Positions 39,441-52,700 of a stretch of DNA of 64,000 bases are shown piece after piece. A model generated the notes under the pieces. It made no database searches. It was not told the DNA's origin and saw only the letters and a program-made list of their open reading frames with translations. The translations under genes and the position numbers were made by a program. Origin of the DNA: Raillietiella orientalis (Eukaryota); the NCBI GenBank assembly GCA_036172245.1, contig JAYWIR010000065.1, positions 186,001 through 250,000 on the forward strand, read 5' to 3'. Positions within the stretch are counted from its first letter, which is position 1. Every line of letters begins with the position of its first letter.

Positions 39441-42400
39441 TGGCCCCGTCCTTGTCTACCGCCAGGAGAGTCAAGATCGCCTCCTGGAATGTCAATGGAC
39501 TCACCGACCAGGCAAGAAGGAAAAGAATTGCGCAGACCATCGCGCATCAAGACATCGTATGCCTGCAAGAAACCCACGTGATGGGGCAGCAGATCAGCCT
39601 CGAATTGGAAAGACGGTTAAACTCCCAACTGTTTACCAGCGAGGGACAGAGGTACACCATGGGTGTGGCGATCTCAATCAAGAATGAGCTCGCTCACACC
39701 ATCCTGGAAACCTCCTGCCCCGTTCCTGGAAGAATCGTAACCGTACGGTTATCCTGGTCCTCAAACGTGCACCTGTTCCTGGTGAACGTTTACGGATCAC
39801 ATCAACAAAAGCATCGGTGTGCGGAGGCGCTTCACGAAGCCCTCCGACAGGAGGTCGCACCGAAGGACATCGTCGTCACCGTGGGGAATTTCAATATCCT
39901 GGATGAAATCATCTATTTCCGGGACGCCAGAGGCAGGACAGCATATGGGCGGCTCTCCGACGAGTTTGGACTGCTGTGGCTAACAGCCAGAGACACAAGC
40001 CGATTGACCACGTTCTCTACAGCTCCGACATAGGGAACCGCATCCTCGCGTTTCGCGACACGCCCGACCCTTTGTCCGATCACCCGTTGATGAGGTTTTC
40101 CCTAAGGACTGAAAACTCTCAGAAAAAGAAGGCATCCAGGGCGGCGCTCATCAGCATGCCCACCTGGTTCGAAACGCTACCCATCAAGAAGTAATAGAGG
40201 CGATTCTGCAGACGACCACCATCAGCAGAGTCGCCGACTGGGATAGCTTAAAACATCGAGTCCACCTCTTCTGCAACATGCAGTTCGGTGTCGAGAGATT
40301 GAGGCAGGAAGCGTACCGGGAGCTGAACATCCAAGGTCGCTCCCTCTCGAAGTACTGGCAACAGTACGAGAGTCGGTACGTCTTCCAAAACGTCAAGGGA
40401 GAAGTCGGCGTGCTGGAGAAGAGGAATCTAGCAACAAACATCTTCTTATCCAGTACGATGGTCACGCCAAGCACACGTCGGAAGACGTCACAGAAGCCTT
40501 CCAAAGGCATTACGTGGAACAATTCCGACGTAGACATCTGCGCAACTCTTACCAAGATAGCTTCCTCCAACATCTAGAAAGAAGAGTCGATGGAAACAAT
40601 CGAAAGATACTGGAAGAGGAAATCTCCGAAGAAGTGAAAGCTGCGTTTGAGGACCTCCGCAAGGATGTGGCAGCGGACCCTGATAGTGTTCCCATCTCAC
40701 ACTATCAACGGTACCTGCATGCCTACCAGCGTTTGTTCCACCAGCTGATGCTCCGCATCAGGCAAGAAGGACGACTACCACAATCCTTCTACGAGAGTAG
40801 GATGAGATTTCTGCCAAAAGGAGGTGACCTTACACAGGTTACCCAATGGAGGCCAATCTCGATCCTCAACTCCGATGCCAAGTGGTTGGCGAAGATCTGG
40901 GCCAACAGCTTAGGCAAGGTCATGCTCAGGTTGATCTCTCTGGTCCAGACATGCGCGGTGCCCGGACGCCACATGTCGGACAATATCAAGTGTGCCCAAG
41001 CTACCATTGAACTCAGCCAATATTTCGGCGAGAACTTGGTAGTGGGCTTCACTGACATGGAGAAGGCTTTGGATACGGTGGACCACGGGATGCTGCTAAA
41101 GATTCTAGGAAGACTAAGCCTCCCGGAACAATTCAGCAACTCCGTGAAGATGATATGTGAAGAGCAAAACTTTCGAATCAAGATCAACGGTGAAACGACA
41201 ACAGCCATCCGGATGGAGCGCGGAGTCCGCCAGGGCGATGCTCTAAGTCCGATGCTGTTTGTCATCTACATGGAGGCCCTCTCGTCGTTCATCGAGAGAA
41301 ATGGATACTTCCGAGGAATGAAAGTGGATGAACAAAAGCTCACCCAACTAGCCTACGCAGACGATCTTCTCTTCTTCCTAAGAGGGGAGAGAGATCAGCT
41401 AGGGTTTCTGCATGTGGTGGAGCTTATGAAAAAAGGAATGGGCTTAAGAATCAATGCCCAAAACTTTTGCCCGCCGGAATCCTGGACCTCTCCACACTCA
41501 CGGGAGAAGGATTTTGCACGATGGACCAAGTTAAGTACCTGGGTGTCCACATTGGTGAAGCATCAGCACTCCAATTATTGTGGAAGGAAATCCTGGGAAA
41601 AACAGCAACAGAAGGAGCGAAGTATACCCTCTCGGACTTTAACATGAAGAGGGCCCATCTTTGGAGTGGAGTACTCCTTTCAAAGATACTCTTTGGAGCG
41701 GTCTTCTACAGACTGTTCAAAGATACGAAGAGAGAGGTAAAAAAGCTTCAGAGAAGAACTTCATAGGGAAGATATCGACCGAGAGTGCGCCTCAAGCCAC
41801 TATGTCGCCCTAAGGACGAAGGCAGGACCAGGATGAAGTCACTTGCACACGCCGTGGACGTCATGGACGTGCGACAAATCCTGGAAATGACTTCCAACTT
41901 GGACGACTGGCCGTATGCAGCTCATAGGACGTTGTTAAACAACTCGAGAGGCCTGATGACTGCGCTGCTCGGCAGAATGGGCGAATGGTCCACCATCGAC
42001 CCAACATGGCGGAGGAAACAACAGCTCATACGAAAAGAACTCAAGATCATCCCCCAAAGCAAAGAACTCTGGCAGGAGGAATCCATCCTGGTTATCCCGT
42101 CGATGCTTCCCGTACCGGATGACACGAGGAGCTGGATACGCCAGCGGTCCAGAGTTACTTTGAAAGCAACCGAGATATGGAGACGGCAGCAATACTTCCA
42201 TCATTCCAGGGTGCTCCGTTACATCCAAAGAATCTCTGGCAACTTCACCCATAGGATCCGCGAGGTGTGGAAAAGCCGCAACGACTTCGCGTGGTCCAGG
42301 GTAACTAAGAGCTACCTATGCGACTAATAGTCGAAAAGGGCAAAGACACCAGTGCCCTCCAAGAAGCCGCCGATGGCCACGGGAGTGCTGAGATAAACCT

Positions 42401-42908
42401 GTTGGCGATCGGAACGACGCTCCGGAGGAGTGACCTGCCACCGGACACTCAGGATAACCTCCTAATGTTTTACCATGGAGGAATCCTGAGTGGATCCAGA
42501 ATGAAGCTATTCACGGGAAGAAGAGAAGAAGAAATCTGCAGAGCATGTAGTACATCGATACAAGACTTTACGTTTTGATCTGTCCCACAATGCAAACAGA
42601 GTGTCATTCCCTGAAAAGGGTTATCGGGCTGCCCAATACCTCAACCATGGCGATCTTGTCAGAAACGTTCCAAGGAAATGGAACTGTTCCCTGCTATAAT
42701 TCAATGGTGAGAATGACCAGTAAGAGTCGCCCTCTTCATCACCGCCATCCTTGTGCGGTGGTGGAAGATGAAGACCACCAGGAATGCCGTATCTCCAATG
42801 GAAATCCTGAAAGCGCTGATCCAGAAGGAGATCTGCATCAGAAACTACGGAAGAGTCCAGGCCTGGAACTACCGTCACACCCTGAAAAGGATTGAAGGCA
42901 GCATCTAG
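39440..42908 (+). pseudogene. LINE ORF2: APE endonuclease, reverse transcriptase and C-terminal Cys/His motif, frameshifted
   Basis: KIASWNVNGL, DIVCLQETH, LVNVYG, VGNFN and LSDH (APE motifs); WRPISILNSDAK, DMEKALDTVDH, RGVRQGDALSPMLF, LAYADD and VKYLGV (RT motifs); C-terminal CRAC...LICP. Spread over about 8 ORF-track segments. Confidence 0.93.
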
Positions 42909-43115
42909 GCTCAAACGACGCCCAGTTAATTAAGTGCAGTGAACTTTTCAGAGACCCAAAGAAGTAGACTTCAAGTGAACACTAGTGAAGTGCAGTGCAG
43001 TTTCTGTGCAATTTGTATGAATGAGATTGTAGTATGAATGAAAAACAAAAAAAAGGAAAAAGAAAATAAATTCACCTCATCCCTTGTGGGACTTGGGGAA
43101 AATAGGCTACTGGCT

Positions 43116-43380
43116 TTCAGAGGACCACCGCAAAGTTGAACTCACTGAAAGGACTGATGAAGGAGAGGGAAACGTGCCAAAGCACAACCCCGCACTGGGA
43201 ATAATCACTGCCTTTTTCAACCGAAGCATCCTCTTGAGGAAGACCAAGTTTCGAGGATGTTTAGCAACCACTCTTGAAATAGATCGGCGTTCGTGGATGC
43301 GGTGGAGCACACAAAGAAACATACCACTACAACCTAAAAGAGTCTTAAAAAATTCGACCGTTCATGCTCTAGTCCTCTAA
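43116..43380 (+). mobile_element. Older, decayed 3' ORF2 remnant of the same L1/Tx1 family (host of the 38-43 kb insertion)
   Basis: EGEGNVPKHNPALGIITAFFNRSILLRKTKFRG aligns with EGNGNVPRYNPLVCITITLFMTSIVVRREKMRSG (6.5 kb copy) and QGDGNVPCYNLMVRTTIALFITAIRVRWWKMRK (61.9 kb copy). Confidence 0.6.
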
Positions 43381-45149
43381 GACGTTTTTCCCTGGTGAAA
43401 AAAAATAAAAGTGAAGTACTTCTCAGGACCAAATTTGGAATCCATCAGTGCATTGAGACGAAGGTCATCGCCGGAAATTGTCGAACCCTTTGTCCTTCCT
43501 TTGTTCAGTTCTTTAAAGAATGCCTCAGCACAGCCTCTGGGACAAAGCCCAATGGACTTTTTTTTTTTTCCAATGTTTGTTTGCAAGCGTTGCTGACCAA
43601 TGGACTCCAGAGCTCCATAAATTTTCATCTGGAACTCGGCTTATGTTTTTCGAGTCCGATGATTTTCAGCCACACGAAATCACCTTAGGAGCTCAAGTAT
43701 TGCATGGGAATCCGATGAATTTGCTTAAGTCTGTACAACAGATAGTATCCCTCTTCGTGGATCCAAATATCAAGCAATTGAATCAATCCAATTACCGGAA
43801 TGAGAACAGGCAATTGGTTAGTGACCAGGACTGATTCCTCACTTTGCCATACTAGAACATTCATTGATGCTGGAAAACAATCAAGGATTCTAGGAAATAC
43901 CTGATATGGCTCCTAGGTGAATGGTACATTCCACGTTGTCCGTGTATATGTGACGTAATCACCACTTGATGTCTTTAAATTTCTCCCTTGATCAGCAGGC
44001 ATTACTTTCTTGAAGTTTGTTGTTTACCCTCTCCAAATAACAGCCAAAATAATAAGAACAAAAAGCATCTTCAAATAGCCTCTTTTCTTACGAAAATTCA
44101 TTTGCGTTTTTTCATTTTTTCATTTTCATTTTTAAATTTTGCATTTTTAAATGCAAAATTTCGCATTTTTGTGTGCGGTATTTTGGGAGCATATTCTTAA
44201 AACTAGTTTCTCAGTCATTTAAAATGGTCCTCGATCAAGAAGTACTTGCTCTGGAAGCTCCGGAGCTATTTTGTTTTCTCAAGGCAAAATTTTCATCGTT
44301 CACTTAGCCACTCAGTATTTCTAAGAATGTGTAAAAAAGGAAAGAAAAAAAAAAAAAAAAAAGCAAAGATGAAACCAGAAATACACAGATAAGCTAAGAT
44401 CTTCAAGGATGATGGGCTCGAAGCTTAAACGGAGAACTTAATGTTTGTATGCCTGGATGAGACGAGGATATTGAAAGAAATAGGGAGATTCGTTTGAAAA
44501 TGGGCAGCCGTAATCTACAGGAATCTGAACCGAATTAGGCTAATATGTTTCTGAAGCTGCATTCCGTTGTGTCCATGATATCATTATGATCACATCAATC
44601 TCACAGCAATCGATAACCCCGCGATTCTTTACTTGCTAATCTGTACCATTTCTCTCGGTTCTAATTCGATCATTACCTACTGTCACTCGAAGTACCCATC
44701 GCATTCCTAGGTAACTATAGATTGAATGCTTTTCACGCAAGGGGGATTTCCTGCTTGATCCCTTTATCAGTACACTTCCAGAAAAGTTTACATTTAAATG
44801 TTAGGAGGTAAAATCAAATACGATACAATCTTGAGCATTGGTTAAACCTAATTCCTTAATGGAGCACAGCTTCAATACTGTTGATATTTAATCGTGCATC
44901 ATTAATAGATTAATGGATTATTAACAATATGCAGCGAAGAACCAGGATGCTGATTTGTCAAGTCTTGGTGTCAGGTCCACGAGAATCGCATCCCCATGTG
45001 ATGTAGGAGAAGAGCACATTTCTATCCTGGGTGCCATCATTTGCGATATCTACCCACGCATTCAATGCTCCCGATGATAATAAATCGGAGACAACTGGAG
45101 ATATTTTTGGCAGCGTTTTTGCTTTGAGATACGTAGGATGATCACAGCT

Positions 45150-45740
45150 TGGTGAGCACAGGCCTCAGTATGCACTTACCATCACTTTAGACGAGCCAGG
45201 ATTGAGACATAAGATAGCATCCCAAATATATTGGAATATTTTCACGCAATGATTCCTCTCAGACATTTCCTGACTCGCCTTTGCATCCCACGTCAGCACA
45301 CCAGCACTGTAACAGGCCATCTTTTCAAATTAGAAAGGCAAATTCACATCAACGTGCACTCACTGTAATACTGCAGTTATCGCCAATGCAAATGGTTTTG
45401 CAGTGATAATACCACTTGATAGCATTCGTTTTACTCGTTTACGTGCTCTATGCAAGTGGCAAACAAACGTAAAGTGAGATCAAGGACTTGCAAACATTAT
45501 TAGTCCAATTACTCCTAATTCGTCAAGCCATGGAGTCAGCTTTGCCAAGTATTAATCCTTGGATGTTGGCAGAGATGCTTAATGAGAAATACATATCGAT
45601 CTTTCCTCGAATGCTTATTATTTTGCTGCCTGCTGGAAGAAACTGTGTCTCTTCTTTATTAGGGTAGACTTTCCCTATATGGATCTTACAAGCGGAACAC
45701 TGAAAGCAGATTCAACAAAAACATATTCAGCATGAAGATT
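45150..45740 (-). mobile_element. Decayed piggyBac-type transposase fragment
   Basis: Collinear IHIGK, IDMYFS (DNYF-like), IRSN, AIKW, VDVNLP..YSAGVLTWD (YNxxMGGVDxxD-like) and KIFQYIWDAI..N. No TIRs or TTAA ends identified. Confidence 0.45.
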
Positions 45741-48700
45741 AATATGAATTACATGTGATATTTGAAGACATGTGTTGTTTTTTTTTTTTTTCCTTTTACA
45801 ACCAATCAATGAGATCCGAGCTTCGCTCTGAAGACTCGATTCAGACGTCATGATATAAGAGGAAAACTTACAAAATCATTTCCAGCCAATCCAATGGAAT
45901 TAGGTAGCAAAGAGCTTAGCAACAAGCTGCTACTTTTTCAGAGTCTTTACAGCATCAGTTTGTGAGGAAATCCAAGTCTCATATCTCACCCCGCTATTAG
46001 CTTTAGCAGACGAGTCGATGCTGGAGAATCCTTACACTATATCCAATCAGCACGGCATCAAAGATGTTTGAAAAAGAAAAAAGAAGCTGTTACGGAAATC
46101 AGAGCCGTTTCTCCTCTCTCTGGCCAAAGGTGTGGATATCTACTGGCACTATTAAGTGGAACAGAAACTACCTGAAACCAAAAGAATCAATCCTTCTTCT
46201 AGACAAAGGTATAAAATTCCAGACAACTAGCTTTGTAGAAGGCTGATCCACCATGATGTAAGAGAACCAATCTTCTTTACCAAACCCAGAATCAGAATGA
46301 TTTATCAAGTAATAAGGAAATTATTTTGCTGGCCGAAAAGGGGAGAAAGCTTTCATCTAAGCCGTTAAGACATGCAGAGTTCCATCCTAATCTGATGATT
46401 AGAGAAATAAAACTGCTCGTTACCATCACACCGTACTCAGCCATTCTCATTTCAAGAGAAAAAAACACACAGCTTTGCTTAATGCCATGCAGTGAATCGG
46501 GTGATTCCATAAAGTGCATACCGAGTGTAGAGCAGGAGTGTTTCCATGTTTCCAATGTACACCATCTTTAATCCCGAATCTTTTTCCCTGATGCTAACAT
46601 GGAAATTAATCGGGAAAATTTTCTTTTCGGAGGATCTCTCCCACTCCCGACGCATTTTGCAAACAGCAATTGATTTTCATTATCTGCTCACTTGAGAGAA
46701 GTGTGTTCGAAGAGGAAGCCAAGATCAATTTATCCTCAATGTCTGATGAAATTTGCATATCTGAATGGAAGGCAAAGTTCATAAAACTTTCAGTCTTGCA
46801 GCTTTCATGTGACAGAGAAGACATGAATAAGGCAAAAGGGCATCGTTGTATTACAAATTAATAGATTTTCTGCACGAGAGTATTAAAGGGCGCGTTTTCA
46901 CCAGAGATATAAGCACCTCAGATGTTTTGCGTAAGGGTTGGGAGTCGTCATTCCTTTAGCGACGAAAGAGTCCAAGAAAGGAAGTGATAAGATTCTGCTG
47001 GATCGCGGAGTTGCGTCCAGAGATAGTACTCAAGCCAATCTTTACGGAAATCTTACTGCCACCATCTCATGTTACTGAATTCAAGGGGTTTTCAGAGGGG
47101 GATGTGGACCGAATCAGGAGAAAAATGCCCTTCAGTGGGATCTCAAGCCATCATTGATCTTGGCTCACTAGAGTCGCCATGTTTTCAAGGGAAAAGCACA
47201 AAATATGAAACCAGGTTGCCATTTTGCACCATCCTGTCCGTATAGTTTTTGGTAGGGGGGTTTGGGTTATATTTCTTTTTAATCACAAACAGGAAAGTAT
47301 CGGAACAAATTGATCCCATGTGCACTGCTGGAAGCAGACGGAGCAGTAAAAAGTTAAGGAAGCTGGGGACGTTTCCCGACTTCGAAGATGAAAATCAGAA
47401 GATCAAACTGTAACTATGGAAACCACAAAGGATCGAGTGTTTCGACATGGGGCTTCTGTCTGCAAAGAGTTCTTTCACACAGATGCTCTTCAGGACATTC
47501 CCAGCACATTTTGCAGAGGGAAGTGGTCCAGAAATGAAAATAATGTTCGGCTGTTTTCCATTGAGGCTTTTTGATCACACTGCAATCAAATGGGGAGCCC
47601 ACGAAATGGACTCCTGCTCCTAATCGAATCTTGATCTCTTGATACTATGGAATTCTTGAGTCTTGTCAGTGGGAATGCTTCAGCTCACTCTATCAGCAAT
47701 ACTGTTTGCGCAAGAAGGTCAAGGAACACATACAAAAGGACTCATAAAGTTTCAAAAAAGAATGCTCTGCAGTTCATTCTGGAAGGAATTTTCACGTCAA
47801 GGGAGGCGGAGAGTTCAGATACACCATCAGCCCTTCCGAAAGGACATCTTCGGAAAACAATGACTCTTTCCAAGTTCCAGAAGTGCTGCGATAGATGTTT
47901 CCAGGATAATGGAAATCACGGTTCCTCCTGGTGTGAGTCGTAAATTGACGCCCCTCTCAGGAGTTGACCATGACTTGTGAAAATCCGGATCCTAAGACAA
48001 AAGGGGGATCACGAAACCAGACGTTGAGCACCAACAAAACAAAAGGAACGAATTTTTCGACTTCGATTATCCGGTCCTGGATTTCTCAAGATGGAGAACC
48101 GGTAGAAATGTTAGTGGAACCGAGCCACGTCAAATTTAACAGATACAGGCAAATAGGAAGGACATTTTTAGTTGCGAACCAATGAGAGCACAGCTGGTCG
48201 AAACTCTTCCTGGTTTTCATGCTAATCCATTCTGACGCCACTCCAGGTAGGTCAAGCTTTCAAGAAATCATGTGCACGCATTTCTGGAGAGAAAGTACAA
48301 AGGACAGAAGCCTGGCAGTCTTCTGAATAAGCTTGGCACTGGCAAAGGCATTAGAATCTGCTGAGGGGCTGTCGCCATGATTCCTAGGAACCCGAGGTCG
48401 CATTTGAAAAAGCATCGCGTAATGCCATTGGGTGAAATCTGCGACCAGTGCTGGCAGCGGACGTTCAGTTCTTCATGTTTTGGCAAGTGTCACCGTCAGA
48501 GACGTTCATAAATGGATTGTACACTACAGTACAGAGACAAGTGGGATCGTGTCGCTGGTAAACACAGAGGTCAGATCATTTTTCCATAGACCCAACATCA
48601 GTGATTTCCGTGTCTATTTAGAACACGTTTTAAAGCACGACCGGATTCGCAAACTTGAGCAAAAAATGCCCAAAAACAGAACCGGGAACACGCACATTCA

Positions 48701-48949
48701 GAGGCTAGTTTGACTGTTCTGCCCTGAGGATCTCAGAGTTCTTTCTGAACTGCGACATAGTCTTTACAAGGCACTGATGATGCGTTCATGATAATCTGGT
48801 GCTCCCTAAGGAATCATCTGATGATCTCTGAAGAAGCTGCAGAGAAAACACGTGCTGGCGGATGCTATCAGGGAGGGCCAAGGGAGCCCGCTGCTGCCGA
48901 TAATTCGTGAAAGGAGAAAGGAAGGATGTAAAAAGGCAACTTCAGATGG

Positions 48950-49700
48950 CTTTCGATCTTTTATTCTTCATAGGAAGTGTCGATCTTTTAGGGCAAACTC
49001 ACGAAGTACTCACTCATGGCTGGCCGTAAGTTGACGCCAAGACCGACTCTGCTCTTCCAGTTCTTTTCAACGGTAATACACAAAGTTGTTTTGAGCTTCT
49101 TGACCGAGTGGATGTGGAACAATTTCATGGGTACACGATGGTACCACAATTCTTTCTCATCTATCTGAAGAGCTCATATCTTTGAAAAGCTCACTATTTC
49201 TCTCTTGTTTTTGGACCTCGGTCTATGGAGATTCATCAGGAACCATTTCCAGCACCTCTTCACCATCCGAGTGCATTGACAAAAACGATCTCCAAGCTTT
49301 CCTTTACCATGGTTGCACCACTCATAATCTGGAGTATTCTGCAATTCCTCAGTGTATTGAGGAAAGGGATTGTTAACTGAACTATTTCTTGTGGAAATCC
49401 AGCTCTTGTTACAGCTTTCAAGGCAGAACACTAACCACAAGCTTTTGTTTCCAGTTCGTTTCGACCACCTTATTCAAGGGAAACGATCTTGCTTATCACT
49501 GCAGCTGAGGATCAGAGCACACGCCCTTTCTTACCCCGCCGGCAATTCAGCGTCTCTTCTTCCATGAGGTTCGTTTATCTGCATCGTCACCTAATTATGC
49601 TTTGTTAATCCAAATTTGATTGCAGGCCTCTTAAATGTATCCTTTGGAAGTAAAGTTTCTCGTAGCCAGACCACTTGAAGTGCTGATGACGAGAGACCAG
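48950..49700 (+). mobile_element. Decayed non-LTR RT remnant
   Basis: RPTLLFQFFSTVIHKVVLSFLTEW followed in frame by ISLLFLDL; later a SADD-like stretch. Confidence 0.35.
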
Positions 49701-52700
49701 GGAGTCTAGGAACACAAGAAAATCTCGAAAAACAAACAAACAGGCTACATTCAAGCAATTTTTAAGCTACTGCAAACTCCCACAAAAGTGAAACAAAAAG
49801 CATCCAGCTAAACTTCGGGAATCACAGAGGCGATCAGGAATTTCGAATGTAATTCATGTCGTTGAAAGCTTCTATTGGGCTAATGCGAAGGTGCGATGTA
49901 TACAAGTACAGAGAACCCAATGATAAACGAACTCATAGGAAAACAACGAATCAGAGTAATAAGAGAGAAAGAGCAAATCCATCTATCCAACCTATAGAAG
50001 GAAAGATGGTTTTTTTTTTTTTTTTTACTTTTAATTGCACTTTAGCCCTAAATTTGCACAGTGCATGGTAAATCTCCACCATAAATCTGTATAGATCGCA
50101 GACATCTATCATATAAAATGTCAAGATAGGAAAACACTTGCATAAGGCAGTTCTCAAATTTTTTTGCTATTAATTAGTGAGCTAGAAGTTTTTTTCTTTT
50201 TTTTTAAACAAGCTTTTGAGATAAAAAGATGTCATCAACCCTGCTTAGGGATGCTGTTATAATTTTAAATCATCACCATCTCGTTTATGCGATGTGTAAT
50301 CGAAGGAACCAGCAGCTGGGAATCTTCAAGAAGTTGCACTTCAGCGCCATCTATTTTCTTCTTTAACAACCAGGCACTGGCATAGAGTTCTAGTCGGAGA
50401 GATGGCACTGAAGCTCCTTCCGTTGACGCTTGGACTACTAATTCAACGTATGAAGTCGGAAACCATCCTTATTTTCAAACTGATTGATTTTTGTAGAAGT
50501 CTGAGAGAGATGTCCTTGTGTTCTGATCGGAGCATTGCTAGTTTTCCCGAGAAGTTCCGTGATTTGGATTTCAAACACTCTCCCTTTTCAACTTCAAAAA
50601 GAAACTGTTATGCCTGCATCTCCCTTCCTAATCTCTCCCAAGTGAACACATAGTGAATATCTCCCAAGCATCTCAGCACTCACGTTAAAATACGTCTTTC
50701 CATTCATTTTTGCAGGGAAAAATAAGAACAGTCCCAAACGAAGTATTTGACTTCTTGTATTAATCGGAATCACTTGCTTTGCTTTGCAATGTATTTTCTT
50801 ATAGAAACACTCCTAAGCAAGTGAGAATTTATTCCTTGTAATGAATCAAGGGGACCTTCCGAATAGATTTGGTGGATATCGTTAGCACCAGTAAGATTTT
50901 GAATGCTCTGTGTGTACATTTGGCACAGAAGCACTCCATTCTGTTTTCTGCACTTATCTACCAGCTTCCAGACAGTGGGGGATCATTCGGAGATGAGCAG
51001 ATGAGCTGCTTCTGCATACTTGCCATCTGCTCGCTACTGCATCGAGTTCGTAACCGAGCACTCTGATCATGGTAACATTCTTAATTTGCACATTTGATAA
51101 CTTTCCCACGTCGTGGTCCAGCCAAGTGCTTTCTTCATTATACCCTTTCCTTCGAGATGGATTTTTTGCATGCTTCCCTGTCCCCTATGCTTTCTGTTCC
51201 ATTAGGGATGATCGCGACAACGCAGCGAGCAGCATCGAGCACGAATTTTCCTTCGTGCCTCTCATTTGAGAGAGAACAAATGGGAAGATCTGAGCATGTA
51301 CGGGCATAAAGAGGAAAAATATGCTGCATAAACCAAAGGGTCCCATGTACTAGGTTTTCCTCTTTGAAATTTCACTTCCCATTCTTCTTCAGTATTCCCA
51401 AACCTCGTCTCATTGCTTTGCACCTCGGGAACGATAAGTAAGGATGAAGAATCGTGCGGCGGACTCTTTTTGTATTTTTTCTTGTCGGAAGACGACAGTC
51501 GCGATTCGGTAATAAATGACGTTGTGTTAGACTTTTAGCAGAGAGTTACGCTGTCACAGCTGAGGCTGTGCTGTTTTATTGATGCTACAGCTATGCATAT
51601 TTGATCTCTAAGTCGTTGGGTGTCCCCAAATTTGATTCTGATAATTCTGATTTTCGGTTGACTACATTAAATGCCTTCTTGCCCAGAAGTTAAACTGAGG
51701 ACAAACCTGTATGAACTTCTGATATTTCGGAAAATTCCTGCAATGGTCCAAGTCCATGCTTCTCAATTGCAAAAATGAAACTGTGATAAAGGAACAGAGA
51801 GACGTTAGAAACCGATGCTGCACTCTTCGATAAACCTCACTGTGCGCTTTTAAGCACACAGGATCTGAGTTTTCTGAATTACCAGAATATATCAAAAATA
51901 ATCATAAGCTGCTGAACTGCCTAAAGGATGGACTGGACCAAATCCTCAAAGACCTAAACGAGAGGTGCCGAATCAGTGACTGTTCCGAGTTCAGGCAGGA
52001 ATTTACATCCAAGAGCCGCGGGGAGCTGATGCGAAAATTACAATTCAGCGTTCTATAGAGAATGAAGTCGACCATTGTGACCGGACAGCGGGGTCAGGTA
52101 GACAGTGTTCCTATAGAGGCAAGGGCAAAAACTGCGCAGCTGATTAGTCCAAATGGGAGAGAAGGTCAGGTCGCTATTTCTAAACTAAGACTCATTACTG
52201 GTTTCGGGTCGAAACATTTAAATGGTGTCCCTACGCCAAGTGTTTCCAAGGAAGCATCTGCTGGTCAGATCGGCTTGCATCCGGTCAAAGTAAACGGATC
52301 CGGGAGGACAGCAAAAGGCCGCAACTCGAGAATAAACGAACGAAAGGGAAAACGAAGTGAATTCGGGCTTTTAGGGAATCTCATTTTCCAAGATCCTCCC
52401 TGAGAAAGCACTGGATTCCGTCTCGGTTGTTTGACGCCATGTGCCTGCTGACCAGTTCGCTCGTGTCCTTCCTCGTTTGCTGGGTTCAGTTTTCGGGAGC
52501 GTCAACAGCAGTTCGAGAAAAATGCAAGCCTCTTCTTGCTCTGCTCTTCTTTTGATCTTCGGGAGAGCACACGTGCAGAGCACGTCCAGGCGTTGCTGTA
52601 TGTGCGCCTCCCTTTTGATGGGATGTTGTCGATCGATCGAAGCCGTTCCGTCGATCACCATCGACTGGAGCTAAATGTTATCATCAAGGCTGCACGAAAA

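Larger units (their letters stand above)
38146..43102 (+). mobile_element. L1/Tx1-clade non-LTR retrotransposon, slightly 5'-truncated, inactivated by stops and frameshifts
   Basis: ORF1-APE-RT-Cys/His C-terminus in order. Perfect direct repeat TAGGCTACTGGCT at 38133-38145 and 43103-43115 (TSD). AATAAA at 43065-43070, then a hairpin and AAAA before the TSD. Confidence 0.93.

Noticed and set aside
40789..41265. Long antisense ORFs over the LINEs (also 62020-62787 and 6585-7190)
   Set aside because: Shadow or chimeric frames of retroelement sequence.
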